32,000 nucleotides of DNA from NCBI GenBank assembly GCA_000830275.1, contig CP010424.1, positions 570,001 through 602,000 on the forward strand, read 5' to 3'. Shown here in pieces: positions 16,313 to 24,643 of this stretch. Within the stretch, counting starts at the first letter, position 1, and each line of letters opens with the position of its first letter. The stretch comes from an archaeon GW2011_AR10. Lineage in GTDB: Archaea > Iainarchaeota > Iainarchaeia > Iainarchaeales > GW2011-AR10. The translations under genes and the position numbers were made by a program. The notes under the pieces were generated by a model. It was not told where the DNA came from. It searched no databases and saw only the letters and a list, made by a program, of their open reading frames with translations.

Positions 16313-17931
16313 CCGAACCACTTTGCCCTGTACTGAATAGGAATGTCAATTAATGTGTGCTCTCCCGACCTAAGAGCTTCCCTAAAAATTCTTTTTAGTT
16401 CATCGTTTTTTCCGGGCCTAAATGTTTTGAAACCATAGGACTCACCGAGCTTCAGAAAATCAGGGTTTTCTGCTTCCACTTCATAAGTTGTGCCGGAAGA
16501 AATCTGCTGGTTGTGTCTGATCAAGCCATAGCCTCCATCATTAAACACTACAGCCATAAACGGCAAATCAAGCCTCTTGGAAGTGTTAAGCGGTCCTGGC
16601 AACATATTCAAGCCGCCGTCACCCAAAACAGCAATTACGTTTCCTTTATCCCCAGTGTGTTTTTGGTAAAGTTTTGCAGCATTGGCTGCAGGCAAAGCAA
16701 AAGCCATTGTGGAAAATCCGTTGGAGAACAGCACACGGTTTCTTGAAACAGGGTTAAACATCAGGCCAACGTACTGCTTGTGCAATCCAACATCGCATGT
16801 TAAAATGTCATCCGGGCCAACGGCTTCACCCAATGCTTTAAGAACCTGCTGTGGCCAGAAAGGAAAAGCGCTTCCGTCAGAAAAGTCAAGGATTTTATGC
16901 AGTTTCTCTCTTTCCTCTTTTGGGTCAATTAACTTCTTCCCCGCCTTGAAATTCTTTCCTGCGCTGCTAGTGAGGAACTGCAAATACTTCTTTACGTTAC
17001 CTGTCAACTCAACGTGCGGTCTGTAAAATTCCTTTGAATTGTGGGGCGTGGCATCAATGTGCAGAACTTTTGGCTCAGGCATTGTCTTCCAAGTTGATGG
17101 CTTGACCCCCTCAGCATAGTCGTAACCCAAAGCAATCAAGAGATCAGATCTTTTGAATATTTCCTCATAAATGCTAAGGTGCCTGCTGACTGTGCCTATG
17201 AAAAGAGGGTGATCAGAGGAAATAGAATTTTTTCCGTGAAAAGAAGTAATGACAGGAATGTTGAATTTTTCTGCAAACTTTTTCAGTTCCTCGTGGGCTC
17301 CAAGCCTGTTGACAATCCCGCCTGCAAGTATTAGCGGGCTTTTTGAATTCCTTATCAGCTCGGCTGCAAAATGCAGAATCGAATCATCATAGCCCAGTTC
17401 TTTTGTTGGAAGCCTTTCAGAACGCTGTTCTGGAAAATCCCCTTTCAACGCGTCCCTGACAACAGTAATGTGAACAGGCCCTGGCCTTTCAGACTTAGCT
17501 ATGGAAAAAGCAAGGGAAATGACATTAGGAATACTGTCATGCGGCTTCAAAGTTGTTGAGCGCTTTGTTACAGGCGCCATTACTTTCTCAATGTCAATGA
17601 ATTGATGCGACCCCTCCACACAGTCCTCCAATGGCAGCTGGTCGCTTAAAGCAACAACAGGCGAGTAATCCTGCTTTGCGTTTGCAAGACCGCTGACAAG
17701 GTTTGTTGCTCCCGGTCCAAGAGTTGAAAAGCAAACTCCCGGCTCTTTTGAGAGCCTCCCCCAAGCGTCAGCCATTATTGCTGCTTCATGCTCATGCCTG
17801 ACTGTAATGAACTTGATGCTTGACTCCTTCAGGTCTGCAGGCAGGCTTGTAAGGTCATCTCCAAAAAGGCCGAAAATGTATTTAACGCCCTGCTCTTCCA
17901 AGGATTTTACCAGAAGCCGGGAACCCCTCAT
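16309..17931 (-). CDS. Thiamine-diphosphate-dependent enzyme, acetolactate synthase large subunit-like (three-domain)
   Basis: N-terminal Pyr domain (VRHEHEAAIMADAWGR, GPGATN). C-terminal ThDP motif VLGDGGLNM...VVFNDGGYG. The stop overlaps the HAD stop (TTAG). Confidence 0.85.
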   Translation of the reverse strand: MRGSRLLVKSLEEQGVKYIFGLFGDDLTSLPADLKESSIKFITVRHEHEAAIMADAWGRLSKEPGVCFSTLGPGATNLVSGLANAKQDYSPVVALSDQLPLEDCVEGSHQFIDIEKVMAPVTKRSTTLKPHDSIPNVISLAFSIAKSERPGPVHITVVRDALKGDFPEQRSERLPTKELGYDDSILHFAAELIRNSKSPLILAGGIVNRLGAHEELKKFAEKFNIPVITSFHGKNSISSDHPLFIGTVSRHLSIYEEIFKRSDLLIALGYDYAEGVKPSTWKTMPEPKVLHIDATPHNSKEFYRPHVELTGNVKKYLQFLTSSAGKNFKAGKKLIDPKEEREKLHKILDFSDGSAFPFWPQQVLKALGEAVGPDDILTCDVGLHKQYVGLMFNPVSRNRVLFSNGFSTMAFALPAANAAKLYQKHTGDKGNVIAVLGDGGLNMLPGPLNTSKRLDLPFMAVVFNDGGYGLIRHNQQISSGTTYEVEAENPDFLKLGESYGFKTFRPGKNDELKRIFREALRSGEHTLIDIPIQYRAKWFG

Positions 17932-18002
17932 ATTAAATCAGCCAATACTCTTAATACGTAAAACCAAATAAAAGCTTGTTTATATTAATTTTTAGTTGGT
18001 TT

Positions 18003-19364
18003 ATGGAAAAAAAAAGCTTCATTTTCAGGGTTCTTTCAAGGATTTTGCCTGAAAACAAGAGGGAACCTGAATTTGTTTCAAGCATTTCAATGTGGCTTCT
18101 GGCCGGCCTGCTACTGCACCTTATTTTGTTGCCTTTTGCTTTTCACTCAGATTTTTTATACATACACGGCAGTGCTTTCCAGTTATCGCATAATGGCGTA
18201 ATAAACATTTACAGTTATCTAGAAGAAAACAACTTGTGTGAAGGACTTGAAAATGCGTGCTTTGGTTATCCTCCCATAACATATTTTTTCTTTGGTGCGA
18301 CACAATTTATTGCAAAACCATTGCTGATAAATTTTGAAGAATGGGTTGACAGCATTGTTGAACTCCACAACAAAGAAGGTGTGCAGGAACTATTTTTTGG
18401 GTTTAACTCGAGCAACTGGAATGCGCTTCTTTTGAAACTTCCTTACCTTTTCTTTGACTTTGGTATTGCAGTAATTCTTCTGCATTTAATTGAAGACAAA
18501 AAGAAAGCAATTTTTGCAATGGTTTTCTGGCTCTTTAATCCAGTGGTTATTTATTCGCCTTTTCTTTTCTCGCAGTTTGACATAATCCCTGTCTTTTTTA
18601 TTGCGCTTGCATTGCTTTTCGCAAAAAAAGGAAAAGATATTGAGGCAATGGTTTCGCTAGGAATTGGTTTCGCATTCAAGCTTTTTCCAGTTCTCCTAAT
18701 ACCAATCGCTGCAATTATTTTGGGAAAAAAATTTTTTAGAACCATAAAACTAGGTTTAGTCGGAATTGCGCCTTTCATCATTGCTTCAATTCCTTTTTTC
18801 TTTACCCCAATTTACTGGAAGAGCCTGTTCGGCGCAAGCACAACCCCTTATGTTGTGCTTCCGCTGGGGATTTTTTTGTCAAGGCTTTTTGAAATGAATT
18901 TTGGGCTTGGAGTGCTTGAAAATACTCCGATATTCCATTTAGGGTATTTTCTGATAATTGCGCTTGTATGGGTTAAGAGAAAGTCGCCTAGGGAAGAACT
19001 GTACAAATATTTTTTGCTTGTTTTCTTTTGGCTTTTCATTTTTATTTTTATGAGACCGCATTACTTCATCTGGATTATTCCAACGCTTGCCATGTTCATT
19101 GCAAATGAAAAAAAATATTTACTGCCAAGCATTCTTCTGATAATTTTTTATGTGATTGCATTTATTCTGCCGTTTGATTACATGACCTGGGAATTGTTCT
19201 ACATAACTGACAAAGCATTTTTTTCATCGCTTCCAATGCCGGGAGCACTAATTGACTTGTTTTTTCCCTTTCCAATTTTTTACAGGCTCTCAAGAGTTTT
19301 TTTTGTTCTAACTAGTTTCTGGTTTGTTTTAGAATTATTAAAGAAAAAACAAAAAGGAAATTGA
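18003..19364 (+). CDS. Polytopic membrane protein, GT-C fold glycosyltransferase-like (DUF2029/GT87-like)
   Basis: More than 10 hydrophobic segments. The N-terminal loop HSDFLYIHGSAF...NIYSY...FGYPPITYFFFG resembles the DUF2029 signature (D..Y...YPP). FKLFPVLLIP block present. ATG at 18003 is preferred over TTG at 17976. Confidence 0.5.
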   Translation: MEKKSFIFRVLSRILPENKREPEFVSSISMWLLAGLLLHLILLPFAFHSDFLYIHGSAFQLSHNGVINIYSYLEENNLCEGLENACFGYPPITYFFFGATQFIAKPLLINFEEWVDSIVELHNKEGVQELFFGFNSSNWNALLLKLPYLFFDFGIAVILLHLIEDKKKAIFAMVFWLFNPVVIYSPFLFSQFDIIPVFFIALALLFAKKGKDIEAMVSLGIGFAFKLFPVLLIPIAAIILGKKFFRTIKLGLVGIAPFIIASIPFFFTPIYWKSLFGASTTPYVVLPLGIFLSRLFEMNFGLGVLENTPIFHLGYFLIIALVWVKRKSPREELYKYFLLVFFWLFIFIFMRPHYFIWIIPTLAMFIANEKKYLLPSILLIIFYVIAFILPFDYMTWELFYITDKAFFSSLPMPGALIDLFFPFPIFYRLSRVFFVLTSFWFVLELLKKKQKGN

Positions 19365-19368
19365 TTCC

Positions 19369-20145
19369 ATGAGAATTGTGAGAATATTCATTGTCAGCAT
19401 GGAGGAACCGTTTTTTCTCCCGGGTTTTTTTGAGAAAATCATTGAGAAAAACAGGGAAAAAATTGTTGGAATGACTGTCTTGCCACCAAAAGAAAGCCTC
19501 GTGAAAATTATGCTAAATGAAATCAGGGTCAATGGTTTAGGGAATTTTTCAATAAAGGGGCTGAAATTTGCTTACTTGAAATCAGTGGATTTTTTTGGAA
19601 ATTTTCTCCAGCAAAAAAAGGTTTATTCACTCAGAGGCCTTGCAAAAAAATATTCAATTCCGGTAATTGAAACGCGCAACGTTAACGATGAAAAGTATAT
19701 CGAAAAACTTCAAGGCATTAATCTAGACCTAATTATTGCGCAGTCCCCCCAAGTTTTCAGCAAGAAACTGCTAGAGGTAGCAAAAATCGGGTGCATTAAC
19801 AAGCATGCCTCGCTTCTCCCAAAATACAGGGGGTTGCACCCAATAGTGTGGGCTATTGCAAACGGTGAAAAAGAAATCGGAGTAACAGTCCACTTTATGG
19901 AGGAAAAAGTTGATTCCGGTCCTGTAATCGCACAAAAAAGTTTTAGGCTAAAAAAAGGCGACACAATTGACAAACTTTATGAAAAGGTATTTAAGGAGGC
20001 GGCAGTTTTGATAATTAAAGCAATAAAGGATATTGAGGAAAAGAAATTAAGAACGTTCAGGCAAAAAGGAAAGGGCAGCTATTATTCTGTGCCAGATAAA
20101 GAGACTATTGTTAAATTCAGGAAAAACTTGGCTGGGCTGAAATGA
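19369..20145 (+). CDS. Formyltransferase (Fmt/ArnA N-terminal/PurN family), probable sugar N-formyltransferase
   Basis: INKHASLLPKYRG (N-x-H-x-SLLPxxRG) and EEKVDSGPVIAQ (catalytic Asp region). No Fmt tRNA-binding C-terminal domain is evident. It overlaps the next gene by ATGA. Confidence 0.8.
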   Translation: MRIVRIFIVSMEEPFFLPGFFEKIIEKNREKIVGMTVLPPKESLVKIMLNEIRVNGLGNFSIKGLKFAYLKSVDFFGNFLQQKKVYSLRGLAKKYSIPVIETRNVNDEKYIEKLQGINLDLIIAQSPQVFSKKLLEVAKIGCINKHASLLPKYRGLHPIVWAIANGEKEIGVTVHFMEEKVDSGPVIAQKSFRLKKGDTIDKLYEKVFKEAAVLIIKAIKDIEEKKLRTFRQKGKGSYYSVPDKETIVKFRKNLAGLK

Positions 20146-21056
20146 AAGACAACAAAATAGCAGCAACAATACAGGTTGACATGGACCCTTTATGGAGCCA
20201 GCTTGAATACTATGGCCATAGCGGAGAAATTCATCCGGATGTTTTCTATGAAACCGGGCTTCCCCGCTTTTTGGATTTGTTCAGGAAGAACAACGTTAAG
20301 GCCACTTTTTTTGTGGTTGGAAAAGACGCTGAAAACAAGCACAAAAAGGAATTGTTAAAACAAATCCGCGAAGAAGGCCATGAAATTGCAAACCATTCAT
20401 TTTCCCACCCACTCGGCTTAAGCAGTTTGCCGAAAAAAGAAATTGAAACAGAGGTCAGAAAAGCAGAAAATGCCATCAAAAAAATCACTGGAATGAAGCC
20501 GGCTGGATTTAAAGCACCTGGATGGGATCTGAGCTCAAAGTTGTTGGATATTTTAGAAGAAAATAATTATGTTTATGATGCCTCGCTTCTCCCGACATTT
20601 ACAATCCTTCCGATTTATTTGTTTGAGAGAATATTTGGGAGAAAAAAACTCAATCAATTCCATGGGCCAAACTTAAGTTCTGGATTCGCACCACTGCACC
20701 CTTACACTCCTTCAATAGATTCTATTGAAAAAATTGGTGAAAGGGAAATTGTTGAAATCCCAAACACTGTTGTTCCGATTTTCAGGTTTCCTTACCACAG
20801 CAGCCCAGTTTTTTTATTTGGCTTGAATTTTTTTAGGGTCAGCTATTTCCTTACAAGGAAGAGGCACCTTCCACTAAACTATGAATTCCACTTAATTGAT
20901 TTGGCTGACAACATTGCGGACAGGAGAATTCCATCTTACAGGTTGCCTCCTTTGGAGAAAAGAATGCGCATCTGCAGGTTTATTGTAAAAGCACTGGTGA
21001 ACGATTACAGAATTGTTACTTCCCGTGATCTTGCAGAAGAATTCAAACCCAGATAG
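20142..21056 (+). CDS. Polysaccharide deacetylase family protein, ArnD-like (possible deformylase)
   Basis: IQVDMDPLW (a DxD-type motif like ArnD IDVDT, not TFDD), ATFFVVGKDA and HEIANHSFSHP. Confidence 0.7.
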   Translation: MKDNKIAATIQVDMDPLWSQLEYYGHSGEIHPDVFYETGLPRFLDLFRKNNVKATFFVVGKDAENKHKKELLKQIREEGHEIANHSFSHPLGLSSLPKKEIETEVRKAENAIKKITGMKPAGFKAPGWDLSSKLLDILEENNYVYDASLLPTFTILPIYLFERIFGRKKLNQFHGPNLSSGFAPLHPYTPSIDSIEKIGEREIVEIPNTVVPIFRFPYHSSPVFLFGLNFFRVSYFLTRKRHLPLNYEFHLIDLADNIADRRIPSYRLPPLEKRMRICRFIVKALVNDYRIVTSRDLAEEFKPR

Positions 21057-21097
21057 AACTTAAATTTATTATTGCGAGTAAATTTTTAGGTGATTGG

Positions 21098-21829
21098 TTG
21101 ATTAAATTCGTAATCCCTGCTTTCAATGAAGCGGAAAACATCTCAAAAGTTCTGCAAAAAATTGAAAAATTAATGAAGCGCATGAATAAAAACTATGCAT
21201 TAATTGTAATCGATGATGGCAGCACGGACAACACAAAGCAACTGTTGAAAGGCTTTAAAAAAAATATGTATCTAATTTCTCACGAAAAAAACAAAGGCGT
21301 TGCTGAAGTTTTCAAAACCGCTTTTAATTCAATCGAGCCAAAACTTAAGGAAAACGATTTGGTTGTTACACTGGAGGCTGACCTGACCTCTGACCTAAAG
21401 GATTTGCCTGAAATGATTGCAAAAGCCGAACAGGAGGCTGATGTGGTGCTTGCATCCTGCTATGCTCCTGGCGGGAGCATAAAAAACATTTCTTTTGAGA
21501 GAAGGTTTTTGAGCACTGGAGCAAACACACTAATGAAAATGGTTTTCCCGATGCAGGGCATTCACACTTACTCTTCTTTTTTCAGGGTTTACAGGGGAAG
21601 CGCAATAAAAAAAGCAATTAAAAATTACGGAAAACATTTGATTGAAGAAGATGGATTCACCTGCGTGGTGGAGCTCCTCATTAAAATGGACATGCTTGGT
21701 TTGCGCTTTGCCGAAGTGCCAACTACTCTTGACTTAAGCGTAAGAAAAGGAAAAAGCAAAATGAATGTTCCAAAAACAATTGCAGCATATTTAAAGCTCA
21801 TTCACCGTTATGCATGGAAAAGAGGATAG
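21098..21829 (+). CDS. GT2 polyprenyl-phosphate glycosyltransferase (Dpm1/ArnC/AglK-like)
   Basis: FVIPAFNEAENI, IVIDDGSTDNT, HEKNKGVAE and LEADLTSD. It is a short soluble GT-A of about 240 aa. TTG start lies 4 nt behind AGGTGA. Confidence 0.8.
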   Translation: MIKFVIPAFNEAENISKVLQKIEKLMKRMNKNYALIVIDDGSTDNTKQLLKGFKKNMYLISHEKNKGVAEVFKTAFNSIEPKLKENDLVVTLEADLTSDLKDLPEMIAKAEQEADVVLASCYAPGGSIKNISFERRFLSTGANTLMKMVFPMQGIHTYSSFFRVYRGSAIKKAIKNYGKHLIEEDGFTCVVELLIKMDMLGLRFAEVPTTLDLSVRKGKSKMNVPKTIAAYLKLIHRYAWKRG

Positions 21830-21870
21830 CGGGATACGTTTAATACGGTTTTGCAGCTAAAATTCAATTA

Positions 21871-23382
21871 ATGCCTTTCCTAGCGCAAGAGAACAGGGCC
21901 AAGCTGCTGCTGCTTTTGCTGGCAATTGCGTTTCTTGTACGGGTTTACGCTATTGACAGGCCGATCCTTGAAGTAATGTCCACAAGGCAGGCTTTAACTG
22001 CAATGACTGCAAGGAACTTAAACGAAAGCAACTTTGACCTGCTGCACCCAGAAATAGACCTATTTGAAGGCAGGGAAAAATCCTATTATGCGCTGGAGCT
22101 ACACGTGATGCCAGCGATTACTGCGCTGCTCTACAGCCTGTTTGGAGTACAGGAATGGATTGGCAGGCTGGTATCAATACTGTTTTTTCTCGGAGCACTT
22201 ATTTTCATGTTTTTGCTCCTTGAAAAGTTCTTTAACCTGAAAGTTGCATTTATTGGCAGCCTTTTTTTCTCGCTTTCCCCGCTTACGGTAATTTATGCGA
22301 GAACATTCCAGCCGGAATCATCAATGCTTTTCTTCATGGTCGGAGCTTTGTACTTTTTCAGCGAATGGGTTGACAGGCAGGGAAATGCGGAACTCGCATT
22401 GAGCGCGGTTTTCACTTCGCTTGCACTGCTCATTAAGCCGACTGCAATTGCAGTGCTTCCTGCAATAGCGTTTCTCGCATTCAACAAGTTTGGCTGGAAA
22501 GCACTTTCAAACTGGAAGGCATGGGCCGCAATAATTCTTGTGCCATCAATTGCACTGGTTGCCTGGAGTTACTGGGCGTTTCTACTGCAACAGGAAAGCC
22601 CGGGAAGTTTTGCAAGCGTTTTGGGTGGGTGGCTGCAGCGAGACCTGGAGGAATTAACTGCTGTTACCCCGTTTTCGCCGGAACTTTATTTTGTTTTGTT
22701 TGAGAGGCTTGCCGGAAGAATCCTCACGCCAATTGGTTTTGCGCTCGCAGCAATAGGCTTGATGCTGAAACCAGAAAAAAAAGCGCAGCTGGTTTTCCAT
22801 TTTTTCCTTTTAGGAGGCTTAATTTCATTCCTTGTTTTTTACTGGCAGAACTTTGTGCACGACTACTATCAATTGCCTTTGGCTGCTGCACTAGCTGCAT
22901 TTGTTGGCATAGGGGGAAACGCAATACTTGAATCAAGGCAAATAAGGGAACGAGTGATTGACAAAAGAATAATTGCTGCCGGACTGGTTTTGCTTGTTGG
23001 GACAACGTTTTACTATTACACCCTGCAGGCATTCCACCCTTACACTAAAACCCCTGGAGAGCACTTGATGTTCGTTGAAGCAGGAGAAAAAGTTGATTCA
23101 TTAATTGAAAAAGATGCAAAGGTTTTGGTTGCATCAGAGAACGCGAAAGGCCTCCTGTATTACACCGACAGGAAGGGAAACGTATTTGCAGTTGGGCAAA
23201 CCAATGCCGAATCAATTGAAAACCTGCAGGAAAAAATCGGCATTGGCTTTACACATTTCCTTTACGCGAAAACAAAAAACTTTGCTTTGCCTGAAGAAAT
23301 CCATAGTTACCTGAAAGAAAACTTTGAAACGGTTTTGGCAGAGGAAGAAAAATACTATTTGTACGATTTAAGCCCCGATTAA
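21871..23382 (+). CDS. Polytopic membrane glycosyltransferase, GT-C fold (ArnT/PMT, GT83/GT39-like)
   Basis: 503 aa with many hydrophobic segments, followed by a soluble C-terminal ~100 aa. The layout and the position next to the Dpm1/ArnC-like GT2 are typical of ArnT/PMT_2 proteins. I could not see a clean DE motif in the first loop. Confidence 0.5.
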   Translation: MPFLAQENRAKLLLLLLAIAFLVRVYAIDRPILEVMSTRQALTAMTARNLNESNFDLLHPEIDLFEGREKSYYALELHVMPAITALLYSLFGVQEWIGRLVSILFFLGALIFMFLLLEKFFNLKVAFIGSLFFSLSPLTVIYARTFQPESSMLFFMVGALYFFSEWVDRQGNAELALSAVFTSLALLIKPTAIAVLPAIAFLAFNKFGWKALSNWKAWAAIILVPSIALVAWSYWAFLLQQESPGSFASVLGGWLQRDLEELTAVTPFSPELYFVLFERLAGRILTPIGFALAAIGLMLKPEKKAQLVFHFFLLGGLISFLVFYWQNFVHDYYQLPLAAALAAFVGIGGNAILESRQIRERVIDKRIIAAGLVLLVGTTFYYYTLQAFHPYTKTPGEHLMFVEAGEKVDSLIEKDAKVLVASENAKGLLYYTDRKGNVFAVGQTNAESIENLQEKIGIGFTHFLYAKTKNFALPEEIHSYLKENFETVLAEEEKYYLYDLSPD

Positions 23383-24639
23383 AACCTTCGATGCAAGCCA
23401 CCAAACTTCCCTGTCCCAGAATGCCGGGTAAAAAAGTACTGCTGCGAGGTTTAGCAGCAGCGAATAAGCCAAAACTGCAAGGAAAAGCCACCACAAATAT
23501 TTGTTTTTGTTGGATTTAAACCACTGCATGAAAGGCAGCGCAAAAAGTGGAAGGAACGGAACAAAGTACCTTGGCCCGAATGAGGCAATTCCGCTTGCAA
23601 GGTAAGAGACTGAAGAGTAAAGGAGCCAAGTGAAAACAAATGAGAGGGCAAGCCAGACTGCTTCATCTTTGTGTTCTCTGTAGAATTCCCTGAAACCTAA
23701 AAGTGAAAAAATTAAAATTGGAGAGAAAACAAGCAGCCCAAATTTAGGGGAAAAAATAAGGGCAGGCAATCCGAAAAAAATGTTCCCAACTCCAACAGTG
23801 TCGAGCTGCCTTAACGGAACATGGCCTACTTTAATCACCAAATTGGTGTAGATTATAGTTACAGCAACTGTTATTGCAATTGGAATTGAGAAAACCGCAA
23901 GCCCCCTGAATTTCTTTTTCTTTGCAAGCAGAAAAGCTTTTGCCCCGGCAAGAATTGCCATTGGATAATTTGCCGCAAAAGCCACAGACATCAAAAGCGA
24001 GGAAGGCAAAAACTTTTTTCTGACAAAAAAGAAATAAAATGAAAGAGTTGTCAAAAACATCAGCAGGGTTGCAGGCCATAGGCTTTTGGAGTAAAACCAT
24101 ATTGGGGTTGCAAAAGCCCAAATCAATGTCACAATTATTGCGTGTCTTTCACTCGCACCGTAATGCTTAAGAATTTTGTAGAGAAGAAACAGGGTTAGCA
24201 CAGAAACAATCATCATGAGGTAAATTGCTGCGCTTTCAAGAAACGTGGAGTTAGCAAAAGGAAACAAAAAAATGCTGAAAACCAGCGGCATTCCGATTGG
24301 GTGCCCTGGAAAACAAAGCTCTCCTTTTCCGATTCCATGGTACATGCAATGGCGGTCTGCTCCCTCAATTCCCTGCGTGTTGGAGTAAATTGCGCCGGCA
24401 TCCGTTTGATTGTTATAGTAGGTGTCAGTGTAATTGTTTTCAAGGTCAAGGTCTAGGTCCTCAGCAATGCTGTAAATTGTTGCAAGGTAATGCGGCTCAT
24501 CCCCTGAAAGAACTCTGGGCAGGCCGAGAAAAACTCCGGAAATTCTGAAGTTTTCATCGAAAGAATACTGAATGAATGTTGGAATAAGGTAAAGAAAAAA
24601 AACCAGCAATGCAAGGAAAATTTTTTGTTTTTTCTCCAT
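23368..24639 (-). CDS. Polytopic membrane protein, GT-C-like glycosyltransferase candidate
   Basis: Multiple TM segments. The first extracytoplasmic loop has LSGDEPHYLATIYSIAEDLDLDLENNY, an acidic DE motif as in GT-C enzymes. ATG at 24639 lies 4 nt after the upstream stop. The 3' end overlaps the convergent gene by 15 nt. Confidence 0.45.
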   Translation of the reverse strand: MEKKQKIFLALLVFFLYLIPTFIQYSFDENFRISGVFLGLPRVLSGDEPHYLATIYSIAEDLDLDLENNYTDTYYNNQTDAGAIYSNTQGIEGADRHCMYHGIGKGELCFPGHPIGMPLVFSIFLFPFANSTFLESAAIYLMMIVSVLTLFLLYKILKHYGASERHAIIVTLIWAFATPIWFYSKSLWPATLLMFLTTLSFYFFFVRKKFLPSSLLMSVAFAANYPMAILAGAKAFLLAKKKKFRGLAVFSIPIAITVAVTIIYTNLVIKVGHVPLRQLDTVGVGNIFFGLPALIFSPKFGLLVFSPILIFSLLGFREFYREHKDEAVWLALSFVFTWLLYSSVSYLASGIASFGPRYFVPFLPLFALPFMQWFKSNKNKYLWWLFLAVLAYSLLLNLAAVLFYPAFWDREVWWLASKVLIGA

Positions 24640-24643
24640 GCAC

